A stretch of DNA of 64,000 nucleotides from Amphiscolops sp. MND2022 (lineage: Eukaryota). The notes under the pieces are model-generated. The model did no database searches, was not told where the DNA came from, and saw nothing but the letters and a program-made list of their open reading frames with translations. The DNA lies in assembly GCA_964187785.1 (NCBI GenBank), contig OZ076420.1, forward strand, positions 32,302,001 through 32,366,000, written 5' to 3'. Of the stretch, positions 24,801 through 36,800 are shown piece by piece. Position 1 is the stretch's first letter; every line of letters begins with the position of its first letter. A program made the translations under genes and the position numbers.

Positions 24801-27800
24801 TATAACGGACAACTTTCGTCTGTCAAACTGGAGTTCTTTGGCAGAATCCTCAGGGATTGTTAGTATATCAGTTGTTTTATGGTACATCCTGATACTTTCC
24901 ACGCTGTCCTCTAATGTTCGTTCAGACCAAAGACTGTCCCTTTGTGATTGTCTGTGCATCACCCGTCTGCTGTTTAGATACAGATTCAAAAAATTTTGAA
25001 AAGAGTCTCTCATGACGTAAAGACTCTGAGTGCTTCATTTTGGGTAGTAACACCAGTTCATGAAAAAGCTATGTTATCTGTCTTTCCCGCCCCCGTATCT
25101 CCTTGGGAAATCCAATTGGTCGTCGCTGCTCGCAATAACAGGTCAGGAACTCCGACAGTTGTCATGTCGTGAATTGCTCTTTCAATTAAAGCTGATTTCG
25201 AATTTTAATGGGGTTTGTCGTTTCAGGATGGCGTTTGTCGCATCAAGGCTTAACGTGAAATATGCGACAAGAAGCCTCGCAGCATAAATATGGAGAGTCT
25301 GACTGATGCTGCCAAAGAAGTGATCACTTCGAAGGCTCGGAGCTACCTTGTCTCTCTTGTTGAGTCTCCTAAATGCCAACCTTTCCAGAATTGAGGCATG
25401 TTTCGATCCAACTGACTTGTTGTTACCAGTTGACCAGGCCACCTTTTGTTTTACATCCCTGTTTCAGAGGTTCTACTTGCGAGGAAGGTTACCTCATTCG
25501 CCTGAGACAGAACTCTTGAATTCTTGGATCAGTTCCGCTGTTTCGCTGTACACATGAAAGCAACAGCATAATAAAGTTTGTAAGTTGTCGCAGCCTGCGC
25601 AGTGCTGCGTGACCCCAATGTAAATGTAAAAATGATGTTTGTAATGTAAATGTTAAAATATTATTGAGAACTTAACGCAGTACCTAAAATACATAAAGAT
25701 TTGAATACTCAAACAAAATTAAGTGCAGTGTTTGTTTGTAGTCAAGCAGGCAACGCGTTGACTGAAGTTAATTGTTTAATTTAGGGTGATTTGTTTGCCT
25801 AAACACATGAAGATAATAGAGCTAATACGTTATTTTATCTGCAATCGTTGTTTTGTTGCAGCTTAAATAAAGTAGGCTAATCGTTGCCTCTGAACACTTG
25901 GTTTGACGTCCCAGTCAACTATTTAGTTGCCCGAAACCAGAAGCATTGCCTGGAATGTGACCAGGATATTTTTACTACCAATGTTTGTAACGCTAATTAC
26001 TCGCGTCCAATAATCGTTTTTAGTGCTCGAAAATTCTTCAATTCAATATTTAAGGCAGTTTATTCGAGTATGATTGAGAAATCCATTTTTCTTTGTTGTA
26101 AATATCATATTCTTTTCACGCTTCAGTAGCTAGGTTCATGATATTTAGTTCCACTTTCGGCGTATCGAATTGGCGCTGAAGAAAGAAAAAGGAATGCGGC
26201 ATTGGGACTGCGACAGGAGGTAGACTCCCACTTTTCCTTAAAAGTGAAATGACGCTGAACGGCAAGTCCAGAAGAAACCTCCGTTTTTTGGATTTCCTCG
26301 CCTCGCCTCGGTAGGACGCCGATTTGAACAAATTGGTGAATTCACGCACGGGGTTTATCCCGCGTGTCTTGCGTGAATTTAAAAAACCTGGAGCGTGATC
26401 GGAGAGGTCATTATTTTTGCACCCTAACTTGCGCAGTACTCTTTTTTAAGAAGTACTCTTTTCCATTTCTGAAATTGCAACTAGTAAATGTTCTCATTTT
26501 GGCAATCATGTATTTTCTCAAAAAACAGCACTTTGCAAAAGCCGGATTTGCTTCCAGCAGTTTAAAGGAAACTGTCGAATCTAATTGAATTACTGCCACC
26601 ACAAAGATTGTTCGACTAAAGAGCATGCCCAAAAGGTCATTAAGGGGGAAATTGGGAATTGACCCATCTAGCAATCAGGAAGCAAGCGTAGTCTTTAGCC
26701 CTTCAGTTGACGAAAATCAGTCTCTTTCTCAGCGTGATTTCGGCCTATCTTTCTAACAAAATCGAAATTGGAAAATCCAAAAGCCTGATTTCGGACAACG
26801 AGAAATCTTAAGACTGATAGAGAATCTCTCGTTCAGAGTGTATAGTCTTTCAAACACTTGGTCTTAACAAGGTTGTCCGGTAGTAATTTGAGAGATCCCG
26901 AAGGAGTAACACCTGAGGAAGTCAAAAGAACAAACGTGACAAGAAACTTTAGTCTCAACATGGTGACAGGAGTTACAGCGAACCAACCCGGAAACAAACA
27001 CCAAGGATCTTCCTTTCTGCCACCTCGAAACCAGAGGTACCCGGAAGATATCAGCGATAAGCTCTTTTAATCGTTTCGAGCGGCAACACAACAGAAATCA
27101 GACGTCCCCTCGGGCGTCTCAAACAAAAGAGACGCGTGGTGCTTGCCTCGATGGACTTCCAGCAATTGTCAATGGACGTTCTCATCAACTTGGGAGCAAT
27201 GGTTACTTGCATGCCAGAAACTGAATACATAAAGCTCATCCGATCCACCAAAGCTCAATACAAGCTCGAGCCGAAGATAAACCAGTAATGCTGGCAAACT
27301 CACGCTCCACAGTACAGTACACGAATCGACGGTACCAATCAGAATTACGAACACCTCACCCACCTCATCAAGAAAACTACAGTGGCAGCTGAGTTCCACA
27401 TCACAAAACCAACGGAAGCCAAGCATATTAAGCATCTGTCTACAGCGGCACTCAAAGACTTAACTGATGACGCTTCAAAACAAGCACTTGAGTACATCAA
27501 TGAACTAATCAAAACCCCCAACCTCAAAACCTCAAAAACTGTAAACGACACAACAGTTATGAATCTCCACTCCTGCTAACCCAGGTGGTGACCTTGCCAC
27601 CCATACTCCAATCCAAAGACGGATCCTCAGAGAAACCGAAGAACTGGAGGAAATCCAGAAACTCAACCTAAAGAAAAGCCCATAAGTTAGACAAAAACGC
27701 TTGCGAATTTTACTTGGGACGATTCACAACTGGTAGAAGACGACTGAAAGGACACTGAGAACATACTTGTCGAATATCATGACTTTTTCGCCTGCCACCG

Positions 27801-30800
27801 TTTGGACATCGGCATTAATCATGATTTTAAAATCGAACTGACTCCCAGAAACAATCATCCAGTCCACCCTGTCCTGTAAACCTCAAGGAGGATCTTACAA
27901 GGGAACTAGCCCTGATGCACTACTATGGCATCATAACCACGCTACTGTTCAGTGAAAACTCAAACCTTATCTTTGCTCAGAGAAAACCGAAAGGGTGACC
28001 TAGCCGGGAAGATGTTGTTTGGTAAGCTTGACTGCTCGCAAGCTCACCACTTTCTACAAATAGCAGAACAAAACTTGGTGGAACCCCCGACCTTCAATTT
28101 CTCCAGTCGGAGATTCGCATACCTGCGCCTCGCACTGGGGCTCAGCAGGTCCCTCACCTTTTTTCCAGCTTTTTGCGGGAGTATCTTGTCTCTTGTGACC
28201 GAGTCATAAAGGCCCACAATAGCGCCCTCATGATTGTGGAAAATAGCGAAGAATAGATCATTTCACTCAAAAAAACGTACGCAGCCATGGTTTTCGAATC
28301 CCCAACTTTGTCCCTGACGGAGATTAAATTGTCCATTTATGCGAAAGGGTTCCTGGTAAGGTATTTTGCCTTCATGGAATACAGTCAATTTTTATGAGGA
28401 TCAACCAAACCGGTTGTCATTCTGACGGACAACAAATCTGTGACTCGCTTCTATTAGACAAAACTTATCCCTCCGGCATTGTGCGACTTTGTCCTACACT
28501 TCCACCTTACGTACCGATGAACACAGCTGCTGACTTCCTGTCCCACTTAGACCTTAATCCGAAGTCAATGTCTACTTGACGATACAGGACGACATACGTA
28601 CCACTCAGGTTAACAGCCAGTCGTCCGATGTCAGGAAAGAAAAGCATTTCTTCTTCAGGCCTGATGAAGACACGGAAATTGAAGATTAGAAGTGGGAGCG
28701 CAAACTGCGTGTGCGAGGAAAATTGCCGAGGAAAACGTTGATCAACGAACAAAAGGAGAAACAAAGCGACAACATGCGCCACAGACGAAGAAGTCACCAT
28801 GTTTTAGACGAATGACTATCAACTCGCTAAACCCCCGAGGCCGACAACGAGGACTTTACCCCAACGAAAACCATGTGACATCTACTAGACCAAGACCACG
28901 TCCTGTTGAAACTTAAAATTGAGATTGTTGGAAGAACCCCACAATGAACAGCTCCTAGCAAGGGACCCAAGAGCAGCCATAAACATTTCACAAGACAGCA
29001 GGATAATACTCAGAGACTGACTGCTTAACCGGCAAAACTACGACAAAACAGGGAAAGTCAAATTCCTACGGATCCTGATACCCAAACATTTAGTCGATGC
29101 ATCTATCCTGGCGCACCATAGGCAAACGAACAAAGACCTTGGAATCGTGATAGTAATAAAGCAGTGCCGAGAAAAGTAATCTACCCAGGAATGGCTGCGC
29201 GGATCGCACACTACATAACCAGATGCACTGACTGCTTGCAAACCGAGCGCACGGACAAACGGTTCATACGCCACTTTTGATAGACACGTATCATAGACAC
29301 CTAGCACTTAACCCCTGGTAAAAATTCCCCGATCACGAAGTCACCCAGAAAAAGCCAATATAATATACGTGTGAACCCCTCATCAAACTGGAAAAAGGAT
29401 TATGCATTTTATAATCCACTGGATATCAATTGTTTTGTCTAAGGTACATTGGCAATATAACGAACGATACAACTAGTCTCACTACTTAAAACTGATTCAA
29501 CTAAACATTCAAGCAAAAACGGATTCGATCAGCATTATAATAAATAACGGAAGACTCCACCACGGAGTATTCTCTGATGCACTTCGGCAAGCCCTCTCTA
29601 CTTCAATTCAACTCCTTTTCGTTTTAGAGAAAACTTTTGTAGAATGAAAGAAGCGCAATACACAATAATTTTTCAAAGAGAAAAGAATACAATATGCAAT
29701 TTCGAAATCACACAAGATACGACTGCCTAACTACAGTCTCAATTGATGAATTGCAATTACGGTTGACCCTCCTTGACCCGCTGAAATTTCCCTTGTGAGA
29801 AGAACGAAGAGGAGCCCTGTCACACTGAGGGAGCGTTTTTCTTCTCTTTCTTTTTTTGTGTAACACCACTACTTGGGTTGACTGCCGAACCGGGCAACGG
29901 GACCATTGAACTAGACTGCACACCACACGGGGAAAGTTCATGAATCCGCAAGAGCCACCATCCCAGACATACCTCTGTTTATTTTGAACCAATAAAGGAC
30001 TGCAGTTTGTCTGGGGATTAAGTTGCTGAATACAGACCCAAACCAGCATGCCGATGCTACTCCGTGACTTGACCCAAGTAAGAAGTTTCAAAAGAATCGC
30101 GTAACGCGCGAAAATTGTTTTAACGTCCATTGTCCTACAATGAGCTCCATGGCGTTTTCCATAAATTTCTTTGGCCTTGCAATTTAGCTCATCTAAGCAA
30201 TAATTTGTCAGTGGCTCTCCTGATACGAACCTAGCACAATATACATAGGACTGAGACACAAGAATCGATGACAGCAGAATCTTCTTTTGCACCACTCAAC
30301 TGCATACCGACATCGGGATAGTGAACCTAACGAGGGACCATGGCCATTACCGTCAACCTTGTTGAACTTCAGCCGACAGTCCAGTAATCTAGAATTCCGC
30401 AGACAGGAGAAACTATTGGTAATGAAAGAAATCACCTGCTGGTTCAGTCGGCGATTCTCCGCAAGTAATGATTTGATTTCATTGCTTGGCGCCTCACAAT
30501 CCAAGGACGTCAACCGACCTCACTCCAAGGAATAAGTAGTCATATTATTGAAGACTGTCTGAGTGTGAGCCTCAGTACCCTGCAACATCATCTCAGGACC
30601 AAAACGACTCCAACTGGAGGCGCGTTCATACTCTGCTGATTCTGAACTGCTCCACACTTCGAGGAACTTCAGAAGGAACCCATGACACTCGTGCAAAAAG
30701 GTACGTCTCAAAGCTTCTCCAATTGCACTCAAAGCAACCTTCACATTAGGTTCTCCCGAAAACACTTGTTATAGGTAATGTTGGCCAACGTGCGCAAAGG

Positions 30801-33800
30801 TTGACCGTCGTACAGACTCCAAGATTCAATCTCAAGCAGATCACTCAGCGTCTTTGCCTTGCCATGCAGACTCCAAAAGAATAAACAAAAATCAGCATAA
30901 TTGCGACAGGTACAATCAGTTACTGCAGTACCAAACTGCTTCTTGAAATTTGTTTGAAAGCGAGTCACAAGAACGTGCAGTACACTCAGACGCGGTAACA
31001 CCAGTGTATCCGATATGATCAATTGGCCCACATCGAGAGGTGCCCTACTTTTTGCTGCGAGAATAGTGTCCGACTCCTTAGGGAACAAATTTACATTGTC
31101 ACGGTGATTAGCAAACTTAAAAATTACTGGAGAAAACGAGGCAAATGGATCTTCCTGTTGTCGGACGCAGCAATGAAACTAAGTGAATGCCATCAGCCAC
31201 AGCTGGTGGACCGCTTTAACCGAGCGCAGAAGCAAGTAGTCCTAAATTGCAAAAAGATCCAAAACGTTTGCACCAACAAGATCGGCCTCATAAACGTGCT
31301 CCTTAATGACTTCCTCGGTACACTCCAGCACTGGCAAAGGCACGAAACGATCGTCACCCTTTCATAAACGTTAGTAAATACGTTGAATGAAGTAGAGGAA
31401 CATCCACGGGGAGCAACAGGCGGCTGAACTGCAGGAAGAAAGGCAAAAACTCGAGACAAGCATTCAATTTCAGCATTGCATAACCCGGAAGCAAGTTCCT
31501 CCTAAAGCACAAAAACTGCAAGAAACATCGCCAGCAAGGAAACGAAATTGCGCAACCCAGTGTCATTATCTCAAAGACACACGGAAATCTGCTCCTTTGC
31601 ACCCAGTCTGCACACAGCGCATATTGCGGGACACGATATTTGATACAGAAATACAAATGTTTCAGTTTTGCTCCAGGTGGCTTGAGCATAGCTGGTTTCC
31701 ACTCGAATTGTCGTCCCAAATTGATTACAAAGTTGTCTTAGGAAACTGTTGGTCCACCGCTTCCCAACAGCCTATATAGCCTTCGTAAAAGGGTTGAAGA
31801 AGGAACATTGGAAACACCGCCCACGAGTGCGTCATCTTAATCCTCAACAAACGCATTTGTCTTGCGCCAAAGAACAACAGCAATCCTCTCTTCAATTTTT
31901 GCCCGCAACTCCGGGGAACACAAAGCCACGTCAATTGCATCGAGCTCGGCAGTATACACGACAACCTCATGGTCAAGGCGATAACGAAATGAGTTTTGCA
32001 GCTGAAGTGCTTCCAAATCGCGTTTTCTCCACGTCACAAAATGGAATATGCTTCTTGCAGCAAACACAATTGAACCCATTCAGGTTTTTTTGTCCGACCT
32101 CTGGCCTACAAATAATCCCTTGATGGGAAGTTCTGCTATTTCATTTCAAAGAACATGACGCTCAGCCTGCCTTTCTTTTCTTCTCTGGTACTTAGCGTAC
32201 TCTGGAATGACAAACATGAAACGTGCAACACTTACAGCGAGATAATGACCGCTCCTCCAACCGACTCTGAGGTCATTCCCAACGCACAGCTGCCTGATCA
32301 ATGGCCAACACCTGGGAGGACGACAAACACACTGCTCCGTCAGGCACCTCGGTGAGCCCCGCTGAAAGCAAGAAATGATCAGGAAGAATAGACTGGAACA
32401 ACATACAGCGTAACAGCACAGTAATATAGTAACGGAGTAGCGATGAATGGGAATAGAAAAGGCTATTCCCTTTTGCCCACTCATTTTGTAGAACTGAGCG
32501 CTCCAAGCCCTCTGCATCTCACAAATGTTGGGTACGCTCACGTCGCGGTTCGATGCCATGCTCCAGCTCCTGATTATATCCAGCCCCTTCCAACAATAAT
32601 GGGAGGAACAACACTTCAGAATCTGTAGATCCAACCCCCACAAACTCTCGTCCACAAGCCTGAGAAAACTTGATAATTCAACTGACTATTATCTACACTG
32701 ACACTTAAAAGGGCAGAATATCTACCTCCAATTGTTCCACTTGGGCCCTAAATGTCTCATCACCTGCACTATCGTCTGTCTCTTGAAGGGACAATCGAGC
32801 ACGCTTGGTCATCCCAGCACAAAAAGTGAAGTCCACACGCCGGCTCCGCCGCAGAACAGAAGAGGATGCAATTTTGAGCCAGGCAGATGGTCTTCATTGG
32901 GGGAATTATCAGACAGCAATGATAGCAGAAGTAGGTAGATGAAATGACGCGCCTGAATCCTCGCATGAAATGTTAGCTTGGTACTAATAACTCGCTAAGG
33001 AACTCACCCTCTGCATCAAGTAGGTAGTTTAGATCATGTCGAGCATCACTCGAGGATGAATGCAACGATGGGTTGTCATCATAATCAACATCACTGACGT
33101 TCGTCCTGCCAACCGCATCGTTAACAATATCATCCTCAGAACTGTAATCTTCAGCTATCTCGCCGAAACTGCTCACGCTATGGGTTTTCTGGGACCTCAA
33201 CCCAGCACACGGATTTACATCTCCACTGCTATCTTCTATCCTCTAACAAGCCTCTTACTCACTCTGCAGAACAGCGATTTGTCGAGAACGCACAAAACGT
33301 GCAGTATTCTCATCGGTAGATTCTGCTATTGTCGACAACGGGATCTTAAAAAACACCATTCGGTTATAACGAACGAAGACGTGGCGTAAAACCAAAGCCA
33401 TACTTTTATCAAATAAATTAACCATGACGTTATGAAAAACATTCAGTCTGCCAGCTAAACACTTTCCCCATCACGCATGCAAGCAGCGTTAACAAGAACA
33501 AAAGAATAGAAAGTATCTTTCAAGTATTCAAAAATTCCTAAAGCAGTTGCGTAACATCACGCGGACTGTTATTCACACTACAATAGTTACTTTGATTACA
33601 AAAGACAATGTCGTCATTAGATTTCAACCGATCAAGTGATTGTTTCATTCTAGATTGCGACCAAGACACTTACCTCAGCATTCCCAAGGCGCAATCGACG
33701 CTCAGGACGGCGACTGACGACATTGAACAGTAGCGACATTAGATTATCGAGGATGTGTATGAAGTCATTGAAACGGAAAGTGAGCCTGTTATCCTATACC

Positions 33801-36800
33801 ACGAAACGGCATCGGAATCTTTATTAGTGACGGCACAAGAGATATTTTACAAATAACACACTAATACCAGATGACGTTTTCATCAGTTCGTCCAGAAATT
33901 ATGACGAAATGGGTAGCTGTTTTTTTAGCCCAGAGGACAGTTTGCTTAGAAGCAGCTCTTGATCGATTGGCTATTTTCCATGCAGCGATTTGTCGGCCGA
34001 CTCATCATGACTCCACTTTTCACTAGTGCAGTCTGTTTTCTGTCCGCCTATATCATCCCCTCACTGGCCAATTTTTCCGCTGCCTTTAGTGGACGACCCT
34101 CAAGAGAACTGGGGACTGTCGCAGTCCCCACAGTGCTGCGTGACTTTAAATGCATTGAGAACGCCTAACGAAGAAGGCTGAGAAATTGACCAGAGAGAGA
34201 CTGAGGAATCAACATCGAATCAAAAACAGAATTTGCCTACAAACAACGTTTATAATACTAAATACTCATGTAAAGGTTTGAATTATATTGAGAACTCAGC
34301 GCAGTACATAAAATACACAAGCATGTAAAAAATTAAACTTTTTCAAGTGCAGTGTTTGTTTGCAGTGAATCAGGTAACGCGTTGGCTGATTTCAATTCAG
34401 TTAGCGCGTTGATTGGAGCGCTGCCTTAACAATGGGATGAATTTCAAGCGTGTGGATATGGCCAAATTATTTGATCAATGCCGTCAATTAATTGAGAAGT
34501 CGTCCCAGGCAGCTTACTAGTCGCAGAAGCTGGGACAACCGCCTGGCTACTCGACTAGAATACTTTTTTGTATTGAAGCGTTCAACTGTTATCTAAAACC
34601 ACAAGTACGGAAATCTCGGCCTGAAAAAGGTCTAGTAGGACGTCCTAAACTTTAATAGTTTTGAAGTCTGAGTCAATAGCTGGGACAGCCTACCATTAAA
34701 CTTACAAGATTACAAGTGGTAAATGGGATAGTGTAGTTTAATTATTGTACTGAAGTAACAATTCACCCTATATAATCTGAGTCGACTGCCTGGCGACCTA
34801 CATGTAAATGTTGGAATACGATGTTATGAAGTTGAGTTGTTTGCCTAATCACATGATGAAATAAGTGCAAATACGCTATTTGATCTACAATTGTGTTTTT
34901 GTTGCAGTTTAAAAAAAGTAGGCACTTCGTTGCCTCTGATGACTTGGGTTCACGTCCAAGCCAACTATTTAGATGCCCGAAACCGGAAACTTTGCCTGGA
35001 GTGTGACCAGGAAATATTTTTGACTAACAATGTTTGAAACGCTAATTTTTCGTCCAATAATTGTTTGTAGTACAAGCTACATTTTTATTTTTAGTGCAGT
35101 TTATTCGAGTATTATCGAGAAATCTGTTTTTGTATAAATTTCATTTCTTTTTCCCGCTTCAGTAGCTAGGCTCATGAATTCCAGTGCCAATTTTGGTTTG
35201 GCGTCTCGAAATGGCGGGGAATGACGAAGAAAGGGACGCGGAATTGGGACTTCAACAGGAAGTTGATTCCCATTTTTCCTTAAATGTGAAACAAAGCTGA
35301 ACGTCGAGTCCCGAAGAAAGCTGCCTTCTTTGGATTTCCTCGCCTAGGTAGGACGCCGATTTGAACAAGGGGTGAATTCACGCAAGGGATTTATACCGCG
35401 TGTCTAGCGCAAAATATGAAGACCTGGAGCGGGATCGGAGATGTCATATTTCTTTCACCTCCGACGTCAACTTCAGCAGTACTCTTTTTTATGAAGAAGT
35501 CTTTCCGATTTTGAATTCGCAACTAGTGAATAATCACTTTTTGTTAATCATTTCAATTCCTATTTTTGTTTGTTTGTCGCCGCAATTAAGCCGCCCAATT
35601 GTTTTATCTTACAAAATCCAATAGTCAATAGACTGAATCGCTTCCAGTAGTTCAAAAGGACCTGTCAATTCTAATTGATTTATTGCCACGACAAAATTTT
35701 TTTCACTTAAGAACATGCCCAAAACGTCTCAAAAGAAGAAATTGAGAAGTGACCCATCTAGCAGTCAGGAAGAAAGCGTAATCTTTAGCCTATGAGTTGA
35801 CCAAACTCAGTGTCTTTCGGAGCGTGACTTCGAAGATGTTTCTAACGAGATGCAAAATCGAGTATCCCAAAGGCTAAGAGATATTGAGATCAGACAAAGA
35901 GAAATCTTAAGACTGATAGAAAATCTCTTTTCCAAATTGGATATTCTTTAAAACACTTCGTCTGAACAAGGTTGTCCGGCAGTAAGACTAGAACCTGAAG
36001 AAGTAACACAAGAGGAACTCGAAAGAACCGACATGACCAGAAACGTTAGTCTCAACATAAGTAGTTGAATAATGTCATTTTAACGAGATCGTATTTGGCA
36101 ACGCTCTTTGGTAAATGTCGCTGATCGAATATATGTTGCCATCGCAGGCGTCCGCCTGGGACACTTAGACGCGTTTCTGCTGGCCTGACTTGGCCCGTCC
36201 CGTATGTTAGTAGTTTTAGTAGTTTCTGTAAAAAGTGTCAACTACGCATATATTCTGTTATCTGACGGAATGAACTAGCCACTAAAGTATGCCGACCAAA
36301 AACAGTTGCTAAATCAGTTCTATCTCTGGAATGGACCGCCCCTGAGCCTCAGTACACAACATCATCGACGAAATCTTCAGATGACTTTTTTCTAACTTGA
36401 AAGTGACCTAGTTTGCATCAATTTTTTTCCGAAGTTTTATGATTCAGTGATATTTTGTATTTCAAATCATTCTTTTCTCAGGTTTATGTGGCTTGTGACT
36501 CGTATTCTTGCATCCCCATCAGGTACATGTGTGACAATTACTATGACTGCCCCATAGACTATTCCGTTTATTATGAAAACCCTGATGACTTGCGACCTTA
36601 CGATGAATCGGTTGAGCTCTGTGGAGTATGCCCATTCACCATGTTTCAATGTGATGACGGATCATGCATCGAACCCTTCCTAAGGTAATCTTCGTTCTCT
36701 AAACTCAATGCAACAGTGGTGGTTTGATTTTGCTAAAAAAACGAACAGTCAAATTGGGATGAGCCTTATACAATTAGTAAATATCAATTCAAATCGAAAC

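Larger units (their letters stand above)
25586..36057 (+). mobile_element. Long-LTR Ty3/gypsy element, old and internally deleted
   Basis: 5' LTR 25586-26960 and 3' LTR 34117-36057, both TGTCGCAG...GTCTCAACA. TSD TAAGT at 25581-25585 and 36058-36062. PBS TGGTGACAGG at 26961; purine-rich aagagaactggggac before 34117. Confidence 0.92.

Noticed and set aside
21850-27251. Many 60-130 aa ORFs appearing twice with identical sequence
   Set aside because: Explained by the 2751-bp tandem duplication, not by conservation.
36134-36361. TGTTG...CAACA 228-bp segment as a small solo LTR
   Set aside because: No TSD (ATATA versus TCATC), PBS, PPT or second copy.
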